This document shows positions 50,692 through 59,394 of a stretch of DNA of 64,000 nt, one piece after another (the first letter of the stretch is position 1; the number at the start of each line of letters is the position of its first letter). The notes under the pieces were generated by a model. The model ran no database searches and was not told where the DNA came from. It saw only the letters and a program-made list of their open reading frames with translations. A program made the position numbers and the translations under genes. Origin of the DNA: Hyphomicrobiales bacterium (lineage in GTDB: Bacteria > Pseudomonadota > Alphaproteobacteria > Rickettsiales > JACKKO01); assembly GCA_024236395.1 (NCBI GenBank), contig JACKKO010000001.1:17345-81344 (forward strand). The letters are read 5' to 3'.

Positions 50692-50715
50692 CAGCACACG
50701 AATACGAAAGCATTT

Positions 50716-53301
50716 ATGAAAGAACTACCGAAGCAATACGACCACAAGGTCACCGAGAAACACTGGCAGCAATACTGGGAAACCACTAAGACCTACGCAT
50801 GGGATGAAACCGCTCCGCGCACCGATACGTTTGTGATTGATACCCCACCGCCGACGGTTTCAGGCGTATTGCATATGGGGCATATTTTCTCCTACACGCA
50901 GGCGGATTTTGTCGCACGCTATCAGCGTATGTCGGGCAAGACCGTATTCTACCCGATGGGGTTTGACGATAACGGGCTGCCCACCGAGCGGCTGGTGGAA
51001 AAGGTCAAGAAGATCAACGCCCATAAATACATGCAGGAACATGGACGGGAAGGGTTTATCGAGCTGTGTGAGGGCGTGGCGGAAGAGGCTCGCAAGGAAT
51101 TCCGCCGCTTGTTTGAATCGGTGGCACTTTCGGTGGACTGGCGGCAGGAATATCATACGATTTCCGAAGAATCACGCCGCATTTCCCAACTTTCTTTCCT
51201 TGATCTGTTCCATAAACAGCATGCGTACCGGAAGCTCCAACCCATGCTGTGGGATCCGGTGGACCAGACCGCCATCGCCCAGGCCGAAGTAGTGGATCAG
51301 GAAATCGAGAGCCACTGGAATGATATTACGTTCGGGCTGGAGGGCAGTGATAGCGAGATCATCATCGGCACCACCCGTCCGGAATTGCTGGCGGCCTGCG
51401 TTGCCGTATTCTACCACCCGGAGGATGCACGCTATCAGCACCTGAACGGCAAAACGGCCATTACCCCGCTCTTTGGGGTGCCTGTCCCCATCCTGCCAGA
51501 CGAAGACGTGCAGCAGGATAAAGGCACCGGGCTGGTGATGTGCTGTACCTTTGGCGACGAGCAGGATATTCGCTGGTGGGAGCGGCACAATCTGCCCACG
51601 CGCGTAGTGCTCAATACCTATGGCAAACTGGATTTCACCCAGGCCAGTGATCCGGCCGACTGGGCCAGCGCCCCACGGGAAGCCATCGAGAAACGCAAGA
51701 CCTCCAATAAGGATCCGAAACATCCCGGTGCGCGGGAAGTCACCCTGGAGCTGCTGAAGGAAGCTGGACTCTTGGTCAAACAGGAACCCATCACCCATGC
51801 CGTGAATTGTGCGGAGCGCTCTGGTGCACCCCTGGAAATCCTGCCCACGCATCAATGGTTCGTCCGCGTGCTGGATAAAAAAGACGCATTGAAACAACGC
51901 ACCAAGGAATGCACCTGGTACCCGGATTTCATGCGGTTGCGCTGTGAGCAATGGATCGACGGGCTGAACTGGGACTGGTGTATTTCACGCCAGCGTTTCT
52001 TCGGCGTCCCCTTCCCGGTGTGGTATTCCAAACGTGCCGGTGAAGAAGGTAAAATCCTGATTGCCGATAAAGACCAGCTCCCGGTGAACCCGCTGGTGGA
52101 TCTGCCAAAAGGCTACACGCGAGAAGAAGTAGAAGCCGAAGCCGATGTCATGGATACCTGGGCAACCTCGTCGGTCAGCCCGCAGCTTTCCAGCAAGGCG
52201 ATCTCCAACGAATACGCGGTGGATTACGCGCGCCATCAAAAGCTCTTTCCGGCGGATTTACGACCGCAGGCGCATGAGATCATCCGCACCTGGGCATTTT
52301 ACACCATCGTGAAAGCACATCTGCACGAAGAGACGATTCCGTGGAAGAACCTGATGATTTCCGGGTGGTGCCTGGCCAGCGACAAAACCAAAATGTCAAA
52401 ATCCAAGGGCAATGTGGTGACGCCGGTGGATTTGATCGAGGAAAAAGGTGCAGATGTGGTGCGCTACTGGGCCAGCACCTCGCGGCTGGGCGCGGATACG
52501 GCTTTTTCCGAAGACGTACTGAAGATTGGCCGCAAACTGGTCACAAAACTTTGGAACGCGTCCAAATTCGCCGCCATTCAGCTGGAAGCCGTCCCCCGCG
52601 ACAGCTACCCGCTGGAGGCCGTAACCGAGCCGCTGGATCGCTGGGTCTTGACCCGCCTGCATCGTGCCATTGCGAATGCCACCGCCGCGTTTGAAAAGTT
52701 TGAGTATTCCGGCGCCCGTGCCGCGGTAGAGGATTTCTTCTGGAATGATTTCTGCGATAACTACCTGGAAATGATTAAAGGCCGCGCTTATGGTGGCGAA
52801 GACGTTTCCGAGGTCGCACAGCACAGCGCGGTGATTACGGTATATCACTGTCTGGAAGCCGTGCTCCGGCTTTTTGCGCCCATCCTGCCGCACATCACCG
52901 AAGAACTCTACAGCCATATCTTCGCGGCAGAACATCAGAAACTGGGCAGCCTGCACGCGCGGGGCACCTGGCCAAAGGCGGAGGATTATCCGCTGGACGA
53001 AACCGCAGAGGCGATTGGCATTGCCGCGCGGCAAATCCTGGATGTGGTACGCAAGCAGAAGGCCGAGGCCAATGTGTCCCTGAAATATCCGCTGACTAAG
53101 TTATGCATTGCACCAGCCGGGAAGCAGGCAGGCAAACAACAAGTGGATATGACACGCTGTCTGGCCGACCTGACCAACGTCACCAACACGGCGGAGATTG
53201 TCCTTGGTGATGCCACCGACGGCGACCTCAGCGAAGATGAAAACTGGCGGATTACGATTGAACTCGCGGCAGAGGCTGATACCAAAACCGCCATACAGTA
53301 A
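50716..53301 (+). CDS. valS: Valine--tRNA ligase, archaeal/rickettsial-like type (no C-terminal coiled coil)
   Basis: PPPTVSGVLHMGH (HIGH), GFDDNGLPTE rather than the bacterial DHAGIATQ, and KMSKSKGN. 861 aa. Confidence 0.9.
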   Translation: MKELPKQYDHKVTEKHWQQYWETTKTYAWDETAPRTDTFVIDTPPPTVSGVLHMGHIFSYTQADFVARYQRMSGKTVFYPMGFDDNGLPTERLVEKVKKINAHKYMQEHGREGFIELCEGVAEEARKEFRRLFESVALSVDWRQEYHTISEESRRISQLSFLDLFHKQHAYRKLQPMLWDPVDQTAIAQAEVVDQEIESHWNDITFGLEGSDSEIIIGTTRPELLAACVAVFYHPEDARYQHLNGKTAITPLFGVPVPILPDEDVQQDKGTGLVMCCTFGDEQDIRWWERHNLPTRVVLNTYGKLDFTQASDPADWASAPREAIEKRKTSNKDPKHPGAREVTLELLKEAGLLVKQEPITHAVNCAERSGAPLEILPTHQWFVRVLDKKDALKQRTKECTWYPDFMRLRCEQWIDGLNWDWCISRQRFFGVPFPVWYSKRAGEEGKILIADKDQLPVNPLVDLPKGYTREEVEAEADVMDTWATSSVSPQLSSKAISNEYAVDYARHQKLFPADLRPQAHEIIRTWAFYTIVKAHLHEETIPWKNLMISGWCLASDKTKMSKSKGNVVTPVDLIEEKGADVVRYWASTSRLGADTAFSEDVLKIGRKLVTKLWNASKFAAIQLEAVPRDSYPLEAVTEPLDRWVLTRLHRAIANATAAFEKFEYSGARAAVEDFFWNDFCDNYLEMIKGRAYGGEDVSEVAQHSAVITVYHCLEAVLRLFAPILPHITEELYSHIFAAEHQKLGSLHARGTWPKAEDYPLDETAEAIGIAARQILDVVRKQKAEANVSLKYPLTKLCIAPAGKQAGKQQVDMTRCLADLTNVTNTAEIVLGDATDGDLSEDENWRITIELAAEADTKTAIQ

Positions 53302-53303
53302 GG

Positions 53304-53834
53304 CTATTCGTCGTTAAACTGCGCCAGATACTCACCGTAACCCTCTTCTTCCAGCTTGTCTTTGGGGATGAAACGCAGCGCCGCGGAATTGATGCAGTAG
53401 CGCATCCCGCCTTTTTCCTTCGGCCCGTCATTGAATACGTGCCCCAGGTGGGAATCCCCCACATTGGAACGCACCTCCATCCGCGACATTCCGTGACTGG
53501 TATCTGCTGCCTCTTTGAGGCTTTGCTGCGCTATTGGCTTGGTAAAACTGGGCCAGCCCGTACCGGAGTCAAACTTATCCCTCGAGGAAAATAACGGTTC
53601 GCCTGTTACCGCATCTACGTAAATTCCTTCCGCGTGATTATCCCAGTACGCGTTCTGAAACGGCGGCTCGGTACCGCTTTCCTGCGTTACATGGTATTGC
53701 ATCGTGTCCAGCTGTTCAATGGCCTCCGGTGTTCTGGTATAGGTTTTTTCCAGCATCATGGTTTCTCCTTCTGCAGCAAATGCCATGACCGGACCTAACA
53801 TTCCGGCAAGCACGATCATACGTATTGATTTCAT
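53304..53834 (-). CDS. msrB: Peptide-methionine (R)-S-oxide reductase with signal peptide
   Basis: GWPSF and catalytic RYCINS motifs. N-terminal [23 protein letters not shown] looks like a Sec signal. Confidence 0.9.
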   Translation of the reverse strand: MKSIRMIVLAGMLGPVMAFAAEGETMMLEKTYTRTPEAIEQLDTMQYHVTQESGTEPPFQNAYWDNHAEGIYVDAVTGEPLFSSRDKFDSGTGWPSFTKPIAQQSLKEAADTSHGMSRMEVRSNVGDSHLGHVFNDGPKEKGGMRYCINSAALRFIPKDKLEEEGYGEYLAQFNDE

Positions 53835-53843
53835 AACGTCCTC

Positions 53844-54446
53844 CTACTCAGATTGCCATATCTTACGCAGCGTATCCTCGCGCTTACTGGCATCGTGGTA
53901 CGCCTTGAAGCGTAACGGGTGTTTCTGATGATAATTTTGATGATGCGCTTCAGCAGGGTAAAATGGCCCGGCAGGTTCGATGGTTGTTACGATTTTTACA
54001 CCTAGGCGCTCCTCCGCCACCACCTTAGACGCCTCTGCCGCAGCACGTTCCTCTGCATCTTGTACGAAAATTGCTGTACGATATTGTGGCCCACGGTCAT
54101 AGAACTGCCCGCCTTTGTCCGTCGGGTCGATACTCCGCCAAAAAACCTCCAACAGCTGATCATAGGAGACTTTTGTTGGATCATAGGTCACCCGCAACGC
54201 CTCAGCGTGACCGGTGCGCCCGGTGCCTACTGCTTCATAGGAGGGATTTTCCACATGCCCGCCGGTATAACCGGACGTAGTTTCTGTTACTCCCTCCACT
54301 GCGTCAAACGCTGCTTCGGTACACCAGAAGCACCCACCGGCAAAAATCGCCTGTTTGGTTGCTTCTTCAGCCACGGGGGCCTCCGCATGCACAGAAAACG
54401 CCATCAGCCCCCACAGGGGAAACACCCATAACCATCTGAATAACAT
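53844..54446 (-). CDS. msrA: Peptide-methionine (S)-S-oxide reductase with signal peptide
   Basis: Catalytic GGCFWC motif. N-terminal MLFRWLWVFPLWGLMAFSVHAEA looks like a Sec signal. Confidence 0.9.
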   Translation of the reverse strand: MLFRWLWVFPLWGLMAFSVHAEAPVAEEATKQAIFAGGCFWCTEAAFDAVEGVTETTSGYTGGHVENPSYEAVGTGRTGHAEALRVTYDPTKVSYDQLLEVFWRSIDPTDKGGQFYDRGPQYRTAIFVQDAEERAAAEASKVVAEERLGVKIVTTIEPAGPFYPAEAHHQNYHQKHPLRFKAYHDASKREDTLRKIWQSE

Positions 54447-54544
54447 AGCATGCTTCCTGTTTTCTCATGATACCTATTGTCACAGGGAGACTCCCCTGCT
54501 TTCATAAGTATATTCGCAGAAAACCCGGAAAACGTTACATAGCC

Positions 54545-55573
54545 TCAAAGCTTGTCAATCAAGGTGGTAAGCGGGGTCACCGGACGGGCACCAAGAAACT
54601 TCACAACCTCTGCCGCACACAAACTGCCCAGCCGACCGCATTTTTCCAGCGGATACCCGCTGACATACCCAAACAGAAACCCGCTGGCATAGAGATCGCC
54701 AGCCCCGGTCACGTCATAGACTTCTTCCACCCGCTCAGCGTCCACGTTGTGGATGGCTTCCCCTTGTAGGATATACGATCCTTTTTCACTTCGGGTTACC
54801 ACGGCCAGTTCACAGAGTTCTTTTGCGCGGTAGAGCTGACGGCGGATATCCGGCTCACCCAGTAGCGCACCAATTTCATGCTCATTGCAGAAAAGAATAT
54901 CCACATGGTTGGCGATAAAATCCAGGAAGGTTTCTTTATGCCGCTCCACCAGCAGCGCATCGGAAAGGGCAAACGCCACCTTCGTCCCCCCTTCCTTGGC
55001 CGCGTGCACGGCTTTATAGATGGCTTCCACGGCATCCGGTCCATCCCACAGATAGCCCTCAATAAACAATACTACCGCCTGCTGCACTAACTGGGCATCC
55101 ACATCGTCAGCATGCAACTCCGTACAGGATCCCAGATACGTTGCCATCGTGCGCTCCACACGGGTGACGGGGCCTTCCGGATTGAACCGGTTCTGCTCCT
55201 GCGTCACAAACACCAGACAGCGGGCCGTCGCCTTCCCGGTTTTGCACGGTGCGGTAGGGAAATGCACATTCTCAGATTTCACGTCGTGACGGAAAATACT
55301 GCCAAACTGGTCATCACTCACCCGGCCAATAAACGCTGCACGTCCGCCCAGACGGGCGATCCCCGTCACGGTATTGGCTACCGATCCGCCAGAGCATTCT
55401 GTTGCCGCACCCATTTTTTCGTAGAGTTCAGCCGCACGTTTTTCATTCACCAGCGTCATCGCGCCAATAGGAAGCTTGTTCTTTTCCAGAAACGTTTTTT
55501 CAGCGTAGGCCAGGATATCTACAATTGCATTGCCAATTCCTACTACGTCATATCGTTTTATGGCATCATTCAT
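54545..55573 (-). CDS. PfkB-family kinase (adenosine kinase-like)
   Basis: N-terminal GIGNAIVD, a GG dipeptide (SGGSVANT), and the C-terminal DVTGAGD ATP-site motif. Confidence 0.75.
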   Translation of the reverse strand: MNDAIKRYDVVGIGNAIVDILAYAEKTFLEKNKLPIGAMTLVNEKRAAELYEKMGAATECSGGSVANTVTGIARLGGRAAFIGRVSDDQFGSIFRHDVKSENVHFPTAPCKTGKATARCLVFVTQEQNRFNPEGPVTRVERTMATYLGSCTELHADDVDAQLVQQAVVLFIEGYLWDGPDAVEAIYKAVHAAKEGGTKVAFALSDALLVERHKETFLDFIANHVDILFCNEHEIGALLGEPDIRRQLYRAKELCELAVVTRSEKGSYILQGEAIHNVDAERVEEVYDVTGAGDLYASGFLFGYVSGYPLEKCGRLGSLCAAEVVKFLGARPVTPLTTLIDKL

Positions 55574-56312
55574 CGTATTCCCCTAATAGCTTGCGTGCTT
55601 TTTCCAGATCTTCCGGCGTATCCACCCCAAACGGCACTGTATGGGAGATGGCCACCCCAATCACCATGCCTGCTTCCAGGGCGCGTAATTGCTCCAGTCG
55701 CTCCTGCTGCTCCAGCGGACTGGCTGGCAAGGCGGTGAACCGCCGTAATGTCTCCCGCCGATAGGCATAAATTCCAATATGGTGCCAATGCGGCCCTTCT
55801 CCGGAAGGGGCCGGCGCACGGGTAAAATACAGTGCCCGGCCCGTATCCCTCTTCTCATCGAATGACACCACCGCCTTTACCACATTCGGATTGTGCAATT
55901 CTTCAGCGGATTCAATCGGGGCCACCAATGTGGCCATATCCATTTCCGGGTTGACCAGTGGACGAAGGACGTCCTGGATAATCTGGGGGGACATGGTGGG
56001 CAAATCTCCCTGAACATTTACCACCACATCATAATGGTGATCGGGATCTATTTTTTCCAGTGCCTCTGCAATACGATCCGTACCGCTTGGGTGATCCGGG
56101 CAAGTCAGCACCGCATTGCCACCCTGTGCCGCAACGGCATCGGCAATTTCCTGTTCAGCACACGCGACATAAACCGGCCCGGTTTCTGCCCGCTCTGCCG
56201 CTCGCAATACGTGCACAATCATTGGCGCACCGGCAATCGTTGCCAACGGCTTACCGGGCAGGCGTGTAGACGCCATCCGGGCCGGAATAATACTGATTGC
56301 CTGTATCACCAT
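55566..56312 (-). CDS. kdsB: 3-deoxy-manno-octulosonate cytidylyltransferase
   Basis: IIPARMASTRLPGKPL N-terminus and VNVQGDLP motif. 248 aa. Confidence 0.9.
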   Translation of the reverse strand: MVIQAISIIPARMASTRLPGKPLATIAGAPMIVHVLRAAERAETGPVYVACAEQEIADAVAAQGGNAVLTCPDHPSGTDRIAEALEKIDPDHHYDVVVNVQGDLPTMSPQIIQDVLRPLVNPEMDMATLVAPIESAEELHNPNVVKAVVSFDEKRDTGRALYFTRAPAPSGEGPHWHHIGIYAYRRETLRRFTALPASPLEQQERLEQLRALEAGMVIGVAISHTVPFGVDTPEDLEKARKLLGEYDE

Positions 56313-56390
56313 TTACGCTTGTAAAACCACTTTTTATCCTGTAAATAACCCCCATCTTAACCCGTAATCACATGGAGTGAAAGAAAAGAG

Positions 56391-56933
56391 ATGAAAGGTC
56401 TTGATTTCAATAAACTGGCAGCGGGCGTACTGGTTGCTGGAGTAATTGCCATGGTGGCAGGGTTTACAGCCAATGGTCTGTATCAGCCGCCGCATTCAGA
56501 AGAACGGGGTTTCCGTATTGAAGTCGTGGCCAACGAAGCCTATGCAGATGAAGCGGAAGCCGCTGCACATGCAGAAAAGCTGGATATTGCCGCTCTTCTT
56601 AGTGCTGCTGATGCCGAAGCAGGAAAAGCAGTAGCCAAGAAATGTGCTGCATGCCATGTCTTTGAAAAGGGTGGTCCAAACCGTGTCGGGCCACGTCTGT
56701 GGGGTATTGTTGGCGCCAATAAGGCACACACGGAAGATTTTAGCTACTCCAAGGCTCTGAAAGAAGCTGGTGGTACGTGGGATTATGAAGCCCTGTTTGC
56801 CTATCTGGAAAACCCGAAGAAAGCCGTTCCCGGGAATAAAATGGCCTTTGCCGGCATCAAAAAGCCAACGGATTTGGCTAACCTGGTCGCTTATCTGCGT
56901 ACTTTGAGCGATAATCCATTGCCGCTACCGTAG
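56391..56933 (+). CDS. Membrane-anchored c-type cytochrome (CycM-like)
   Basis: N-terminal TM anchor, heme site CAACH, and distal Met context NKMAFAGIKK. Confidence 0.8.
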   Translation: MKGLDFNKLAAGVLVAGVIAMVAGFTANGLYQPPHSEERGFRIEVVANEAYADEAEAAAHAEKLDIAALLSAADAEAGKAVAKKCAACHVFEKGGPNRVGPRLWGIVGANKAHTEDFSYSKALKEAGGTWDYEALFAYLENPKKAVPGNKMAFAGIKKPTDLANLVAYLRTLSDNPLPLP

Positions 56934-56954
56934 TTCTGCAGTAAACTTCAGCGT

Positions 56955-57455
56955 ATGCTGGAGTCGCTGCACACATACGCTACTACAAATCCAGAGATAT
57001 TCTGGTTGGTGGTGGCTGGCGTATGCCTTGTGGTAGAAGTTTTCTTCATACCTGCCATTGGATTTCTTTTTGCTGGATTTGCTGCACTCACACTTGGGGG
57101 TATGTTGGCATTCAAATATTTTGATGATAGTGCTGCAGTTTATCATGACCTCTATACACAGATCGCCTGGTTTTTTGGTCTGACGGTCAGCTGGGCTATT
57201 TTGCTATGGTACCCGTTAAAACGTATGCAAAAGAGCCAGGCAGAACACCGCTTTAACGATATGGTGGGTACAACTGCGTTTGTTGGACCGGAACCCTTAA
57301 TAAAGGGCAAGACCGGAACGATTCGCTGGTCCGGTACTACTATGCGCGGTCGATTAGATCCGGAATACTCTGGTGAAACGGTAGAGGCCTTTACCGAACT
57401 AAACGTTGTAAATGTGAACAGCAATATCATTATTGTCCGCCCGCGGGAGGACTAA
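56955..57455 (+). CDS. NfeD-family membrane protein
   Basis: N-terminal TM helices plus a C-terminal OB-like soluble domain. It sits immediately upstream of an SPFH gene, which is the canonical pairing. Confidence 0.7.
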   Translation: MLESLHTYATTNPEIFWLVVAGVCLVVEVFFIPAIGFLFAGFAALTLGGMLAFKYFDDSAAVYHDLYTQIAWFFGLTVSWAILLWYPLKRMQKSQAEHRFNDMVGTTAFVGPEPLIKGKTGTIRWSGTTMRGRLDPEYSGETVEAFTELNVVNVNSNIIIVRPRED

Positions 57456-57479
57456 TGACATCACGAGAAAGGGATTTAA

Positions 57480-58475
57480 ATGCCTGTTGATACGTCTACC
57501 CTGTTTACGATTGTTTTTTTACTGATCTTTATGATCGCCCTGGTCAAAGGGGTAAAGAAGGTGCCACAACAACAGGCGTGGATTGTAGAACGGCTGGGAC
57601 GCTTTCAACGTAAATTAGAGCCAGGTCTGAATTTTCTTATCCCGTTTATTGATGAGGTGCGTTACAAACATTCGCTGAAAGAACAGGCCATTGACGTACA
57701 ACAGCAAACAGCGATTACCAAGGATAACGTTACACTGCGCATTGACGGCGTACTGTATGTGAAGATTATTGATGCCGTATCCGCAGCTTATGGCGTGGAA
57801 AACGTGCATTATGCCGTGGTGCAACTGGCCCAGACCACCATGCGTTCCGAAATCGGGAAGATGAGTCTGGATACCACGTTTGAGGAACGCGAAACCCTAA
57901 ATGCCAATATCGTTACCGCCATCAATGAGGCCTCCAGCAACTGGGGCATTCAGTGCATGCGCTATGAAATTAAGGATATCGACCCACCGCAAACGGTCCT
58001 GAAAGCGATGGAATTGCAAGTAGCCGCTGAACGTCAGAAACGCGCCGAAATTCTGGAATCCGAAGGAAGACAGCAATCTATGATTAATATTGCGGAAGGG
58101 GAAAAGCGTGAAGTGGTGCTGGCCTCAGAAGCCTCAATGACCGACCAGATCAATCGCGCCAAGGGGGAGGCCGAGGCCATCCGTGCCGTGGCCGAAGCCA
58201 CCGCGCAGGGTATTCAGTTTGTGGCCGAAGCCATTAAGAAAGAAGGTGGCAGTGACGCTGTCTCCCTGCGTGTTGCCGAGCAATATGTGAAGGCCTTTGA
58301 AAAACTGGCCAAGGAAAGTAATACGCTCCTGCTGCCAGCTAGTGCTAACGATGCCGGAAGCATGGTGGCACAGGCGCTGACGGTGTTTGATGCCATCCGT
58401 CGTGGCAAGAGGCCTTCTGGAAAAGGCGCGCCAAAGATATCTTCTGCAAGTCCTTCTCCTTGGGGCGAGGATTAG
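57480..58475 (+). CDS. SPFH/Band 7 (stomatin/paraslipin-like) protein
   Basis: N-terminal TM helix, an SPFH core (IVERLGRF...TKDNV...YVKIID) and a coiled-coil AEAEA region. Confidence 0.85.
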   Translation: MPVDTSTLFTIVFLLIFMIALVKGVKKVPQQQAWIVERLGRFQRKLEPGLNFLIPFIDEVRYKHSLKEQAIDVQQQTAITKDNVTLRIDGVLYVKIIDAVSAAYGVENVHYAVVQLAQTTMRSEIGKMSLDTTFEERETLNANIVTAINEASSNWGIQCMRYEIKDIDPPQTVLKAMELQVAAERQKRAEILESEGRQQSMINIAEGEKREVVLASEASMTDQINRAKGEAEAIRAVAEATAQGIQFVAEAIKKEGGSDAVSLRVAEQYVKAFEKLAKESNTLLLPASANDAGSMVAQALTVFDAIRRGKRPSGKGAPKISSASPSPWGED

Positions 58476-59314
58476 CGAAGCCTCCCGGTGTTTAAATAAG
58501 TAGTCACATCTTCCGCCGCCAGGTAATGCATCGTAAGCGAGTTTGCAACGGCTCCCGCATTGAGCGTAAGTGTTTTCTGACCACCAAGCCCCGATTCCAG
58601 CTTCACACTATTAGTGAAAAAATCAGGATTCGTGCCACAAACATCCGCTTTCGTCAGCACCTTACTTAGCGCAGCGTGGATGGCATCAATTTTACTCTCC
58701 GGTCCCTCAAATTGCAGTGCTGCGAGTCTTTCTCTGGGCTGTTTTATATCCCAATTATTACCTACCCTGATAACCTTCCCACCCAAATCATCTTTGTCAG
58801 TTCTTTCCAGCATACGAATAGATTGATTAGGTACCGTCGTAAGGTCTTCGATCATATTCTCAAAAAGCGCGATCACCTCTTCTGCCGAAACCTCCATCGG
58901 CGTGTACAAATCCAGCTTGCGGGGATCAAACCGGTATTTCAGCACCAGCCGCGCTATTTTCCTTGCCGTCACGTCACCGCCTAATCTCCCCTGAAACCTC
59001 TCTGAGCTAAGCTGTAATGAGTATTGATCCCCCACACCTTTTTCGTTTGTTTTCTCATAGAATAGATGCGCACCTAAACCGTCTTTTTCTAACGCCTCTT
59101 TTATCCCTTCCAATACCTCACCGATCCCGGCATCATGCGTCTGCAGAACAACGATCTGGTAGCCCTGCCAGTGTTCTGCCCGCTGGAATAGACAATATGC
59201 GCTCACTTCATCCCCATAATCACGCGATCCCCCCATACCTCCCGCGGTAGCGTCATAGGCATAGGTCATAAGCTCACGCATGTTTCTGAGCAACTCGTGT
59301 TTATTACTCGCCAT
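58472..59314 (-). CDS. Hypothetical protein, 280 aa
   Basis: Start set at MASNKHELL (ATG 59314). The longer ORF to 59467 would overlap the divergent yejA start. No family recognised. Confidence 0.45.
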   Translation of the reverse strand: MASNKHELLRNMRELMTYAYDATAGGMGGSRDYGDEVSAYCLFQRAEHWQGYQIVVLQTHDAGIGEVLEGIKEALEKDGLGAHLFYEKTNEKGVGDQYSLQLSSERFQGRLGGDVTARKIARLVLKYRFDPRKLDLYTPMEVSAEEVIALFENMIEDLTTVPNQSIRMLERTDKDDLGGKVIRVGNNWDIKQPRERLAALQFEGPESKIDAIHAALSKVLTKADVCGTNPDFFTNSVKLESGLGGQKTLTLNAGAVANSLTMHYLAAEDVTTYLNTGRLR

Positions 59315-59394
59315 GTTCACTCCGTTTCTTATCTTATACTCCGGGGGGCCGTCCGGGGATAAGGATTCGCCTTGACGCCCCGGCCGGATCGTGG

